Assembly (NCBI GenBank): GCA_964016885.1 | Contig: OZ024758.1 | Coordinates: 5,146,001 to 5,210,000 of the forward strand | DNA from: Eledone cirrhosa | Taxonomy: Eukaryota | Direction of reading: 5' to 3' | DNA: 64,000 bases | Shown here: one piece after another, positions 39,883-52,496 of the stretch | Layout of the letters: the number at the start of each line of letters is the position of its first letter | Position numbering within the stretch: position 1 is the stretch's first letter | Translations under genes and position numbers: made by a program | The notes under the pieces: generated by a model | What the model was told of the DNA's origin: nothing | The model's database searches: none | Seen by the model: the letters and a program-made list of their open reading frames with translations, nothing else

Positions 39883-41029
39883 TTCTTCCTCTATATCTCT
39901 TTCTCATTTCCTTTCTTTCACTCTCTGTTCTTCTTCTCTGGGAGAAATCTTCTGTATTCAGACCTGAACCTGGAGAGGAGACGAGACGAGCTCCACCAGG
40001 TTTAAAAATGCTCTAGACACGTCGTATGTAAAAATGACGCCCCTAAGACTCCTCCCAAGAGTTAAGGGACCATGGCATGCCATCCATGCCTTGCCATCCA
40101 TGCCTTGCCATAAATTAGGCCTATGGAATCACGGTAAAAATCTTGAATCTAACTGGAAATTCCAAACACACTATCTATAAAACTGTGTATCAGAATATGT
40201 TGTCTTGGTAGTTGTGACTATCAAACCACTTACCAACTTCAAGCAGCTTGCACAGCAACATGGAAAAGATTTCTTTTTTTTTTTGTAATTAAATAGTTTT
40301 TAATAATTTATCATTGAAGCAAAGATATCGTAATTATTATTTTGATTAAAACGTGGTGACGGGCAAGAGTCGTTGTGTGTAAACTCTCAGAGAATACAAT
40401 TTATAATTGGGTATTGCTTCTGATCTTAAATAGGTCCCTTACACCTGTAGTTTCATTTTAGTACGAAATGATTATCTCACTTCCTTTTCCCAACTGCGTT
40501 GATAGATAATACTGATAAAGAAAGGAATAAGTATTTAATTATATTTGTTTGTATCACTAAGTGGATTAAATAATTGTTATCATTCATCATTCTCATGTAA
40601 TATATATATCAGTTATATAAACAAGTAACTATGAACACACCCACTGCTTCTAGTCTAACAAATGACAACATCTAACTTATACTGACTGCAAATATTGAAT
40701 TTTTTATATAGGTACTAGACGTCAAGCATAGAAATTGATTAAAATCGATTACATCGATACAGTATTTGATTGGTTGGGGCTGTATTTTATGTCGCCCAAA
40801 ACGATGAACGACCAAGTTTACCTCAGCGGGATTTCAACTCAAGACTTAAAATGGAAAGTAACTATATGCTGCAAACTCTCATGAGCTTCGTTATACTTGA
40901 GCGTTAGACGAATCTCCTCAGAGTGTCTATCGAAGATCTGGCTGCTATTTCTAGCAGGTTTAAGCTATGGTTGTTATCTCTTGTTTAACCCCAGGCCAGT
41001 CATGATAGGCTTTCCAGCTGCTATAATTT

Positions 41030-41330
41030 CGTTTTGTTGTTGTTTATTGCACATCTTTGTCCACTTAATCTTGGGCGGGTCTGGGGGGGGGGGGCAAGTC
41101 CTCAAACACTCCTTCCAGCAAGTCTTGTCAGAAGCAACAGTCCCCAACTGATCCTGAGGGATCCCCAAGCGAGACCAAACAAGCTCATGGATGTTATCCA
41201 ACCAACTTTCTCGGGATCTACTCCTGAATCTCCTGTCGGTTGGTTTTGCCCGTAAAATCTGTCCAGCGATTCTTTCCTGAGACATTCTAAACACGCCCAT
41301 TGTATCGAATTCAGAGATCACAGCTCCGAT
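41030..41330 (-). mobile_element. RTE-clade LINE 3' fragment
   Basis: RMSQERIAGQIL..KPTDRRFRSRSRESWLDNI...ASDKTCWKE RTE C-terminal pattern; (CAA)-type tail. Confidence 0.8.
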
Positions 41331-42754
41331 ACTGCTATTGAATATCTATAACCTAATTTTCTAATATGTATTTTTAAGGAGCTATTTCCATCAATTTTAG
41401 GGGCCATTTAAAGCTTTCGTTGTTGCTTATTTCATGGTTGTAAACCTGTGTGTCAAATTACACCCCTTTGTCTCAATCGACGGCTGAGTCTTGCGATAAA
41501 CAGAAATCGATAAAATAAAAGCGAGATGAAGATAAGTACTTAGAATCTATATAACTGAGCCCGTACCCTTGTAAAAGATGCCCCAGCATGGCCACAGCCC
41601 AATAGCTGAAACAAGTGAAAGAACAAAAAGAAAAGAATATTTCGGATAAAATATCGACTTCTAAACTACTATGTCAATTGGCTCAAATTCCACATTTTAC
41701 CCTGGTTCAATCAAACACGGCTCACATCAAAATTCCCCATTGGATAATGACAGAATTATCTAAGACAGCAATTTGATCGTAACTTTCACAATATGTCAGT
41801 AATAATTAGTGTTCAGTATATGAACATCATGTTATGCATACTATATCTCCATTCATCGTTCGCTATCGTCTGATACTGGAATATAGAAGTAATGTAGTTT
41901 TTATTATTCTCTGAGAAGATATTTGAAATGATAACTATGGAAAAAAAAAAAAAACATGTTAATGTTTTACTTTTAAATGTACGAATGAGTGTGTGTGTGT
42001 GTTTGAGTGTGTTTGTGTGTGTGTGTTAATGATTTTATGTGTGTGTTTGTGTGTTTATGGGTGTTTGTATATGTGTGTTTATAAGTGTTGGTGTGTGTGT
42101 GTATATGTTTGTACGTGTGTGTGTGTTTGTCTGTATGTACGTATGTGTTCATGTATATATGTGTGTGTGTTTGTGAGTATTTGTATGTGTTTGGTTATGA
42201 GTGTGTTGCTATGCATATGTGTGCGTGTTGGTGTGTGTATGTGTGTATGTTTGAATATGTGTGTGTGCTTGTTTGTGTGTTTGTGTGTATGATCGTATGT
42301 GTTCATGTATATATGTGTGTTTGTATGTGCGTTTGTGAGTATCTGTGTGTGTTTGGTTATGAGTGTATTGGTATGAATATGTGTGCGTGTTGGTGTGTGT
42401 GTATATGTGTATGTTTGAGTTTGTGTGTGTGTTTGTGTGTATGTAAGATGTATTCATGTGTATATGTGTGTATAGGTGTGTGTACGTGTTTGTGTCTGTC
42501 AGACTATCAAGCTGTCATTTCCTATATATGGTGATATGCATTTTATGAGTATTTGTTTTGTGAATGTTTGTTTGAATTTAAACGAAGTTTTTCACAGAAC
42601 ACTACATGCAGAGACGGCATGTCTTATTGTCATGTCATATTAGCTAGATTTATTGAGATAACATAGGGACACATTAGCGAGTTTTATCAGGTTGACAGGA
42701 ACATGTCTTACTGACTTTTATATCATATCTTACTGGCTGTGATATCATGTCTTA

Positions 42755-43040
42755 CTGAGCTGTCATATAAAGATGTCTTGAGCTGTCATATATAGATGTC
42801 TTGAGCTGTCATATATAGATGTCTTGAGCTGTCATATAGAGATGTTTTGCTGAGCTGTCATATAGAGATGTTTTGCTGAGCTGTCATAAAGAGATGTCTT
42901 GCTGAGCTGTCATAAAGAGATGTCTTGCTGAGCTGTCATATAGAGATGTTTTGCTGATCTGTCATAAAGAGATGTCTTGAGCTGTCATATAGAGATGTAT
43001 TGAGCTGTCATATAGAGATGTCTTGCTGAGCTGTCATATC
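42755..43040. repeat. 27/31-bp minisatellite
   Basis: gagctgtcatatagagatgtctt(gct) units, about 10. Confidence 0.9.
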
Positions 43041-43048
43041 ACATGTCT

Positions 43049-43232
43049 TGGTGTTGAAAAGTTCAGAAGCTGACTAAGATACTCTCATGGAATGACCAAA
43101 TGGGGTTTATTTTTCAACATAGTCCCTGGAAAGAAACAATGCAATTATTAATAAGAAGAGATGAAATTAATGCATGCTAGATTTCACAGCTCTAGCATCC
43201 CTCCTTCATAGTCAGCCTATGAACCTTTAAGC
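43049..43232. mobile_element. Mariner-type MITE copy
   Basis: Homologous to 38851-39047. Confidence 0.8.
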
Positions 43233-43237
43233 TTACT

Positions 43238-43298
<61 letters not shown>

Positions 43299-43301
<3 letters not shown>

Positions 43302-43775
43302 AACTCTGGATGTCGGTGAGCATGTCCTGCTAACCTCAGTCTCCTCTGTGTCACTTTTGAGCTGACTTTTGGGAGGGTCCCATACAGTTCTGAGTTTTTC
43401 ATCCTCAGTGTATACTGATTAATGTTCAGAGCCATCCTCAGCATTCTCGTGTAGCACCCTTCCACCATCTGAGTGAGTTTCTTGGTCAGTGTCCAAGTCT
43501 CAGACCCGTACAGCAGCACAGACTCCACTACAGCAATGAAGAGGCGGATTTTCAGGTCTTTACGAAGGTCCGACTTCCACACCGATCTCCAGCTGTGGGA
43601 GCCCCTACATGGACACACTGGAAGAGGAAGACCAAGGTTAAAGTATGTTGATGCCCTAAGGACAGACACTGGTCTGTTGGAGACGCAGGACATGGCAGCG
43701 ATAATGAGGAACAGAGACCGCTAGAGAGAACTCGTCCATGGATATCGGGAATTTTACCCGCTCTAGAATAGAATA
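43299..43775. mobile_element. RTE-clade LINE 3' fragment with inverted 5' segment
   Basis: Minus 43585-43299: KIRLFIAVVESVLLYGSETWTLT...RRLRLAGHAHRHPELT; plus 43585-43740: LWEPLHGHTGRGRPRLKYVD...RDR; (TAGAA) tail. Confidence 0.9.
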
Positions 43776-44086
43776 TATATATATTCACGAAATCTCAGTT
43801 AATCCTCTACTTTATAAGTACAGATATACATTTATCGTATTAATTTATGTATATGTATATATATATATAATGCATGTGGATATATATATATATGTATATA
43901 TGTGTATATATGTATATATGTGTATATATATATGTGTATGTATGTATGTATGTATGTATATATATACACGCATTCACATATCTATCTATCTATGTATGCA
44001 TGTATATATATATACACGTATGTATATATATATATATATATACATACATACGTGTATAAATATGTATATATATATATACACGTATG

Positions 44087-44134
<48 letters not shown>

Positions 44135-44751
44135 TACACGTATGTGTGTATGTATATGTACGTATAAATATGGGTGTCTGTGTGTGTTTGGGCGTGTGAG
44201 CGTATGTGTGTATTCAGTAATATATTTATATATCTATGAGAAACGAAATAAAGATTGCTATGAGATAATTATGTCTAATACGATTCCAATAATAGCAACT
44301 TTGTTGACATATCGGAATCAAAGGTGATGATATATTTGTAGTTACGTGTGTGTGTGAGGGTATGAATATATATATGTGTATTTTTAATAAATACGTAAAA
44401 ATCCAAATTGTCTTACAATGTGTCTACTGATAATCGATTTATCAGACCACGTTAGTTATCATTATTGCCTTGCAGTAGTGTGAACAGAAAGTAGAAAGTG
44501 AGAAATATGTACTTCCAGACAGTTCAGAAGATATTAATATTTGCAAATTAAACAAAATTATCGTGTTTAACGTGTAGCTATTGTTACACTGCCTCAGTAT
44601 AGCAATAACCGAGCAAATCTTCAATGAGAAATGTATCGGCTATGACAACTGTCTTCTATTCAAACATTGTATCAAACATTGTATCAAAACCTACATATAT
44701 ATCCAATGTATATTCAGTCCTATATATTTTAAAGACAGCGGTACATTATCC

Positions 44752-44942
44752 CACAGAGGTTTGGTAGTATCGGTAGAGGGTCAGACGCCATGCTTTGCAG
44801 CGCAGATGTTGGCCCTTTACAGTCTAAATTCAAATTCCGCCGAGGTTAACTTTGCCTTTCATCCTTACAGGGTCGATAAAATAAAGTACCAGTAATGCAC
44901 TGGGGTAATTGCTGGCTTTGTGTCCAAAGTAAAAATAATTAT
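44752..44942 (+). mobile_element. SINE family A
   Basis: A/B boxes, body and tail. Confidence 0.88.
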
Positions 44943-45087
44943 TTTTATTAAGTCTAGTAATCCCATCAACATTCTCACGAGACCTTTGTTATAGTTTGCT
45001 CAGCTGTAATCTGAATAATTTATTAAATTTTATTTATATTCTTTGTAATATTTCTCTATCTTCAATTCGGTATTTGTGCCAACCTTT

Positions 45088-45462
45088 ACCTATGGTCATA
45101 AAGCTTGGTGATGGCCGAAAGAATACGATCGCAAATACAAGCGACAGAAATGGAGTTCTTTTGAAGGGTCTTTGGAGTAACATTACTCGATAGACTGCGT
45201 AGCTCGGAGATCAGATAGTCACTCCAGGTAGAGCCGCTACTTCTCTGAATTGTGGGATCACAGGTTGTGGGGTTAGAATGTCTCTGAAAAGAATCAGTGG
45301 ACAGATTTTTACGGACAAAACCAACCTGCAAGAGACCTAGGGGTAGACCCCGAACAAGATGTTTGGATGACATCCATTAGCTTGGCTGCGATCCAGCTGG
45401 ATCATTTGGAGACGGTTGCTTCTGACAGGACACGCTGGAAGGAGTGTTGGAGGATTCTGCCC
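45088..45462 (+). mobile_element. RTE-clade LINE 3' fragment (degenerate)
   Basis: YGHKAW/MAERIRSQIQATEM...LDRLRSSEIR...KRPRGRPRTR with stops and frameshifts. Confidence 0.85.
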
Positions 45463-46553
45463 TAGTTTATCTTATATTTTTTCTTCCTTCTTAAGTTCTG
45501 AATTCAACCCCAACCAGATCCCTCTTTTTCACTAATTCTCTTAATAATGAATTCCATGCTATGTACCTATTATTTATACTGTAATTAATTGAAAAACTAT
45601 TACTGTGTCTTTGTAAATCATTTTCCTATGCACAATGTACTTATTATTTTATCAAATTATATTGTGTCGTGGGCAGTGAAGTGCCAATGACCAGTGATTA
45701 CTACTTACTTGTACTTGTGGTGGCGTTCACCCGGGGTGGGGTGGTTGTTCTCCATCGAAGGAATTCATGATGTAAGTTTATTTCAATTGAGTTTCTTCGG
45801 GAGATTGGTTGCACAAGAGGTTTTCAGCCGCAAGTACATGAACTTTGGGATAGTGTAATGTAAGTATTGCATCGGTTATAGTGCCGAGCTCTCACGGTCA
45901 CACACAACATAATTTGGTGAAGCCAGTGTCGCGAAAAGGGCTCATGAGTGGGAGTTTGACCGACAGAGGTGATAAACACAACCTATTTTAGCCCTTTCGT
46001 AGGCCAGGAGGAGCTCAGCCCACTGCGCAGCTCAGGTATACCGACCCTCGGTACCAATAGCCAGCAGAGGTGATAAATACAGCCTATGTGAGCCATTTTG
46101 TAGACCAGGGGGAGTTCTCCCCATTGCGTAACTCAGACATACCGACTCTCGGTATCTATTTCTAGCAGGTTAAGTTGGTCATATACAGACTCTTTCTATA
46201 TACTATATGTTATAGTGGTATGTGTCTCATATACCGCTAAACCACTTAAACACTGTATTGCATGTGTTTGTTGTATATTACATGATCTGAATACACAAAC
46301 ACTTCAACCTACCAGCAGAGATTGTCAGCAAGAAAGTATTTATTTAGCGATATTATTGATTGCTATTTTACGGCTATTTTCTCATTCACTCTATCTCGAA
46401 ATAAAATTCTCTATAAACATTTAAATGCTTCTCATAATGATGAATAACCGATTTTATATTTTTTGAAAAGTTTTCGAAATTCTCATTCTAAAATTTCATG
46501 TAACCTAATCAGAATAAATATGTCGTATTTCATACCATATTAAATGTTATAAA

Positions 46554-46726
46554 CGAGGGTCGGTTGAAAGGTTCATAGACTGACTATGAAGGAGTGATGC
46601 TAGGGCTGTGAAATTTTGAAGTACGAGGCTCGGTTGAAAGGTTCATAGGATGACTATGGAGGAGTGATGCTAGAGCTGTGAAATCTTGAAGTACGAGGGT
46701 AGACTGAAAAGTTCATAAGCTGACTA
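46554..46726. repeat. 2.5 tandem copies of the 70-bp mariner-MITE terminal unit
   Basis: cgagg starts at 46554, 46624 and 46694. Confidence 0.85.
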
Positions 46727-47143
46727 CCATTTTATAACCTTGTCGTCCTGTTTGTTTTTTTATGCTGATTTATCATTGGAAGGTAAAGATTTATAGAAGT
46801 TGGTGATAGCTGTTTGCAATTTATAGCGAATTAGATGTATGAACACAATAAAAATAACGGCTAATAAATACATTTTATTCTGTTATCAATCAAGTCACCT
46901 ACTGAAAAGACTAAACTCACTTTGGTTTAATAATGTCGCTAGGTATTATTTTGGTAAATAACATCTTGTAAGAAAAAGATAAGACTTTGATTGTAGCTTG
47001 CTTGAGGATATAAATGATGGAAATATAATACGTTGTTTAGGTAACAAAACTAGGTAAAACGTATTGATACCTGATTGTTTTATATTAATCAAAAAGGTAA
47101 AACGTTATATAAAGGTTGACCTCGTGCGCGGAGATGCTATTAG

Positions 47144-47174
<31 letters not shown>

Positions 47175-47366
47175 TTTTTTTCTCTTTGTAGTACTTTTAA
47201 TGGGGGTTTCAGAGTTTTTGTTTAAATTTGCATTTTTAAAAAATACACGAAATTTATATCCCGTACCTTCTATTAAAAAGAACCTCAAATATGTGTGTAT
47301 GTGTGAGTGATGGACAAGCCATGAGTGTATGTTGTGTTGGCAGTAACATAAGGTGTTACTGATAGA

Positions 47367-47557
47367 TAATTGTTTGTACTTTTGGCACAAGGCCAGCAAT
47401 TATCCCAGGGCATTACTGGTACTTTATTTTATCGACCCCGTAAGGATGAAAGGCAAAATTAACCTCGGCGGGATTTGAACTCAGATCGTAAAGGGACGTA
47501 ACTCTATGCTGAAAGCATGGCGTCCGACCCTCTACCGATTCTGCCAATCCACTACCA
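47367..47557 (-). mobile_element. SINE family A with TSD
   Basis: tgatagataat on both flanks. Confidence 0.9.
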
Positions 47558-47682
47558 TCCTTATTGATAGATAATATTGATGTGACAGCAGTTATGTTAC
47601 CTGTAGACTATAAAGACGTATTGCAATCCGTCGAAATACGAAAGAGGTTACTATCCTGGCAACATATCCGAACTGTTAGGAT

Positions 47683-47810
47683 CTAGCTGTCGAAACGGCC
47701 GGAGCTCAGCCGTCGGGGTCCTAACTCTTTTCCTATTACCCACTCTACTACCCTAAGTATCGAGTACTCAGGTGCGTTATGGTCCACCTGGTTTCTTACC
47801 ACACCTTCTT
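47683..47810 (+). mobile_element. Family P copy
   Basis: tagctgtcGAAAcggccggagctcagccGTCggggtcc...ccacctggtttcttaccaca. Confidence 0.8.
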
Positions 47811-48043
47811 TGTTCTTATCTATCTAGCTGTCTGTCTCTTTATGTATCTGTCTGTCTATGTATCTTTCTATCTATCTATACATCTGTCTATCTATCTATC
47901 TATACATCTGTCTATCTATCTATACATCTGTCTATCTAGCTATCATATTCTCTTAGTTTACAACTTTTTCTACACTTCCTACTTGGAAATTATTAAACCA
48001 TTGTCACAACAAACGCAATAAGGTCTCTCTCTCTCTCTAATTG

Positions 48044-48099
<56 letters not shown>

Positions 48100-49055
48100 C
48101 TTTCTACTTTTTCTACACTTCCTTCCAAAAACGTATTTCCCAAGAGAAGAAAACATAGAGAAAACGATTCTGTAAAGGAACCCAAAATTAATTAGAAATA
48201 ATTCTTGCAGTTGGTTTATTTAACGTTCTTATTTTTTTGATATTTATTTTACATATTCTGAAGAGCGACAAATAACAAATAAACAGTGTTAAAACCTGGG
48301 AAATATAATTTAGATATTGTAAAACAAATATGATAGTTAAATAAATTATTAAGAGACGAAAATTATCTATAGTACAAGGTATGGTATGTTATGGTATGGA
48401 CCCGAAACTCCCGAGGGTATCGTAGTGGCATCATATTGACTTAGGGCATTTCTTTGGGCAGTTTTTAAACATGGCCGAACGCAGGCCTGAGTTCAGCAAA
48501 TTTCTCAAAGAGAAGGATCGAGTGAAAGAAAGAAAGTGAGAATAAGACATAGAGGAAAAATTGACCTCAGTATTAGATTGGTACTTTTTTTATCGACCTT
48601 GATGAAAAGTAAAGTTGATCTCAGCGAGATTTGAAAACAGAGAGCCGCAAAGCATTCTATCTGACGTTCTAACGACTCTACCAATAGCAGTGATCAAATA
48701 ATATATCACTTCGTTTCTATCATATGTCTTTTATTGATCTCTGGTTACTATACCATAACAGAGTATACATATAACAATGTTTATGATGGAACTTCATTTG
48801 ACCTCAGTATTAGACTGGTACTTTCTTTATCGACCTGGAATGGATGAAAGGTAAAGTTGATCTCGACGAGATTTGAACTGAGTGAGCCGAGAGTCAGAAC
48901 GAATGCAACAAAGCATTCTAATGGACGTTCTAACGACTCAAATTGTCGCCTTTTATTTCCCCTCCCCGCAAAATTGCTGGCCTTATGCCTAAATCAGAAA
49001 TCTTTATCTATGTTCTCGAGCCATTTTAACCTCATTATTCCAAAGACAGGAATTA

Positions 49056-49785
49056 GTAAGTCGAAGACCCCCTTCGGTCACGAATGACCATGGGATTTGC
49101 ACCTAGAAAGTTTCCCTCCGAGGCACAAGTCCGCGCAAGGTTGTTTGTGGAAGACCAACAGTCACCCATGTATACCAGCCTCTTCTCTCCACACCACCGA
49201 TGTTGTCCAAAGGAAAGGATCCGGCCGATACAGCTTGACACCAGTGACGTGACAACATATATACACACTATATATACATATTATATATACACTATATATG
49301 ATGATGTCCAAGTAAAAGGTAATGAACGATAAAGCTTGACACCAGTGACGTGACAACATATATACACACTATATATACATATTATATATACACTATATAT
49401 GATGATGTCCAAGTAAAAGGTAATGAACGATAAAGCTTGACACCAGTGACATGACAACATATATACACACTATATATACATATTATATATACACTATATA
49501 TGATGATGTCCAAGTAAAAGGTAATGAACGATAAAGCTTGACACCAGTGACGTGACAACATATATACACACTATATATACATATTATATATACACTATAT
49601 ATGATGATGTCCAAGTAAAAGGCTATAGCCGATACAGCTTGGCACCAGTGACGTGACAACATATATACACACTATATATACATATTATATATACACTATA
49701 TATGATGATGTCCAAGTAAAAGGCTATAGCCGATACAGCTTGACACCAGTGACGTCTCAACTCATTTCTAAAGCTGAGTAAACTT
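49056..49785 (-). mobile_element. SINE family C interrupted by a 101-bp tandem array
   Basis: Homologous to 2718-2916; array units start at 49234, 49335, 49436, 49537 and 49638. Confidence 0.8.
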
Positions 49786-50428
49786 GTACATATAGTACAG
49801 ACAATATTTATATTTCAATATTTCATTATATAAGTTATTGGAATTTGAAACTTGTCTGTATTTAGAAATTCCATTCTAAACAATGAACCAATAATTAAAC
49901 GAATGAGAGAAAGAAAATCGTCTGCTTCGGGCATTTTTAGCTACAAATTAGACACCAAATCTGTCGTTGTTATTGTTGTTGTTGGTTGGTTGCCGCAGTT
50001 GTTATTGTTGTTGTTGTTACCTAAGCTGCTAAACACGCTGGAACATAGTTCATAATCATAGAATTGGAAAATAAGGTTATAAAACTAAAATGAGCACCTC
50101 GTAATACATTTACCAAAAAGTCCACTATCGATTAGTTTGCAACAACACCGAATCTTTTTATGTAAACGTACTAATAAAAGTCGATATACTTTCAAAATAT
50201 TTTCGTATTAAAGCTTCCTGTTTTATCAGGTCAGACTAAAGAATACACAAGTAAGAAATGTCCAATCATGATAATGAGACAACAGTTCATAACAGAAGAT
50301 AATGTAGTAACTAGGTGCCCCACCCTCACCACTCCATTGGCTCCTCTCCACCCCATCCCTCACCACTGGCTCCTCACTACCACCACCACTAACTCCTACA
50401 GATCTCTATCTTATATACATATATACCA

Positions 50429-50995
50429 AGTCCGAACACCAAGGAACCAAACTCCCACTGTCACTGCCTCAGTCTCTCCCGCTCTCCACATTTCTCACTG
50501 TTATTAGTAAATAGGGGTCCACGCGCTGGCAACCCCGCGGCCCCGGTAGACAGAATAGAGAAGGCGTTTCCCTGGAGGATAGTGAGGGAGACGCACTGGA
50601 AGAGCCATTCCAGCTCGTGAGGCTGACACCTGCGGGTAGTCAATTCTGTGCCAATGGTGGTGAGTAGGGAGGTGGCCCTAGGGCCAAGGACACCAGAGGT
50701 CTCCACTGCTGCGGGTAGTCAACTCTGTGCCAATGGTGGTGAGTAGGGAGGTGGCCCTAGGGCCAAGGACACCAGAGGTCTCCACTGTTACGGGTAGTCA
50801 ACTCTGTGCCAATGGTGGTGAGTAGGGAGGTGGCCCTAGGGCCAAGGACACCAAAAATCTCCGTTGTTACGGGCTTCACCGCAAACTTGTCGGAGAGCGA
50901 CTGATATTTGTTTACCCTCCTCGGCCACAAGTGCAGCAGATCATAGGAAGAAAGGTGTGAGGTAGATTCGGGTGATAAAACACCACAAGTTGTAA
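50429..50995 (-). mobile_element. CRE-clade non-LTR retrotransposon 3' fragment (restriction-like endonuclease C-terminus + 3' UTR)
   Basis: KYQSLSDKFAVKPVTTEIFGVLGPRATSLLTTIG...WLFQCVSLTILQGNAFSILST matches the remembered CRE motif KY..L...F.P...ET.G.LG...WL.QR.SL.I.RGNA.SIL.T. Confidence 0.75.
50632..50868. repeat. 79-bp tandem triplication inside the CRE coding remnant
   Basis: Units start at 50632, 50711 and 50790. Confidence 0.92.
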
Positions 50996-50998
50996 TCA

Positions 50999-51429
50999 CC
51001 CTTTAGCACTTACATTACTCTATATATACAATTATATTTTCACGGTAAAGGCTTTATCTCAAATGATCATCTCAAATAATTGTTTCTACTTTTGGCACAG
51101 GGCCAGCAATTAGCCCAGTGTATTACTGGTACTTTATTTTATCGACCCCTTAAGGATGAAAGGCAAAGTTAACCTCGGCGAGATTTGAACTCAGACCATA
51201 AAGGACCGTAACTCTTTGCTGCAAAGCATGGTGTCCGACCCTCTACCGATACTGCCAATCCACTGCCAATCCATCATCTCAAATAATCATCTCAAATAAT
51301 ATCAAATCTATGAAATTTTGGTATTATTTATTTTGAAAACAATACCTTAATATCAATATGATCTGCCAGTTACGGCCGTTTTCGACAGAATGAGGTGAGA
51401 GAAGTCTGGCTGGTTTAAATGCTAAAGGG
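50999..51429. mobile_element. piggyBac-type MITE containing a nested SINE A (51076-51272, minus)
   Basis: CCCTTTAG...CTAAAGGG|TTAA; SINE flanked by catctcaaataat. Confidence 0.8.
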
Positions 51430-51971
51430 TTAATGCTCGTTGTACAGGTAATAAAACTTGTGGAATACGACTGCGATTAAGTTTCAGTCAACTTTCAGAG
51501 CGAGATTATAAAAAGGCAACAGATATGAACATATGTAATCTAGTGTTAAATACCAATATTGAAATATTTGTGTAACGAGGAGAGGATTTCATAGAGTAAA
51601 TAATTAAATACACATTTTCACATGTTTGAGTATATATCTATTTCAACTACAGCATAATGATTGCACAAACTATAAAATTCCTTTCATTATAACATTACTG
51701 TGTGGTGCAAGGGTATTTCAAATGCTGGACAAACAGTTACGTTGCCATTTAAGTTATATAGTATAGAAGGAGTCCTGTGTAATCGTTATGTTTTCTATCG
51801 TAGGACTGTTACATAATGACAATATAATAAGTGTCGTAGCCGAGTCTGGTTGGCGGGCGTCAAGTTGCCATCGTAGGCTCGTGGTTAGGGTCCTTAAGTC
51901 ATATATATATATTTAATATAGAAAAGGCTTCTACGGGACTAGAACTGTTTCATTCGGGAGAAATCATTAGG

Positions 51972-52028
51972 AAGGGCTTCCTGATGATTTCTCCCGAATG
52001 AAACAGTTCTAGTTCTGTAGAAGCCTTT
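51972..52028 (+). ncRNA. Type I hammerhead ribozyme motif (PLE-type)
   Basis: AAGGGCTTC-CTGATGA-TTTCTCCCGAAT-GAAA-CAGTTCTAGTTCTG-TA-GAAGCCTTT; 9-bp helix I, ACAG/CTGT helix III, GUA site; helix II starts with U.U. Confidence 0.7.
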
Positions 52029-52106
52029 TCTATATTAAATGTTTATACTCTGCTTTGTATTGAGTACCTTACTTACTGTGGTTACCCCTATTGAACCCGG
52101 GATAAA

Positions 52107-52137
<31 letters not shown>

Positions 52138-52141
<4 letters not shown>

Positions 52142-52188
52142 AAGAGTCAGGACCCCGACGGTCGAGCTCCGGCCGTTTCGACAGCTAA
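52138..52188 (-). mobile_element. Family P fragment
   Basis: aggaccccgacggtcgagctccggccgtttcgacagcta between TA tracts. Confidence 0.75.
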
Positions 52189-52294
52189 TATATACATAGT
52201 CCTAGGCCGTCTTGGTGGCCTAGAGGTAGATATTACAGACGGTGCATCTCCGGGTTTAAGGTTCAATCTTAGCCTAAATTTTTTTATTTATTTA

Positions 52295-52496
52295 AGGCGC
52301 ATAGCTGGGTGGTTAGAGAATTACATTCGCAATCGTGAGGTTGTGAGTTCGATTCCTGGACCGGGTGATACTTTATGTCCTTGGGCAAGACACTTTATTT
52401 CACATTGCTCCTTCTACCTGAAGTTGCGACCGATAGATAGTATTAGCAACTGGAAAGACCAATGGAAACATTGTTTCCTCGGTCTGATTTGACGAA
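52295..52496 (+). mobile_element. CORE-type SINE family B variant
   Basis: GAGTTCGATTCC B box; TGTCCTTGGGCAAGACACTT CORE-like motif. Confidence 0.8.
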
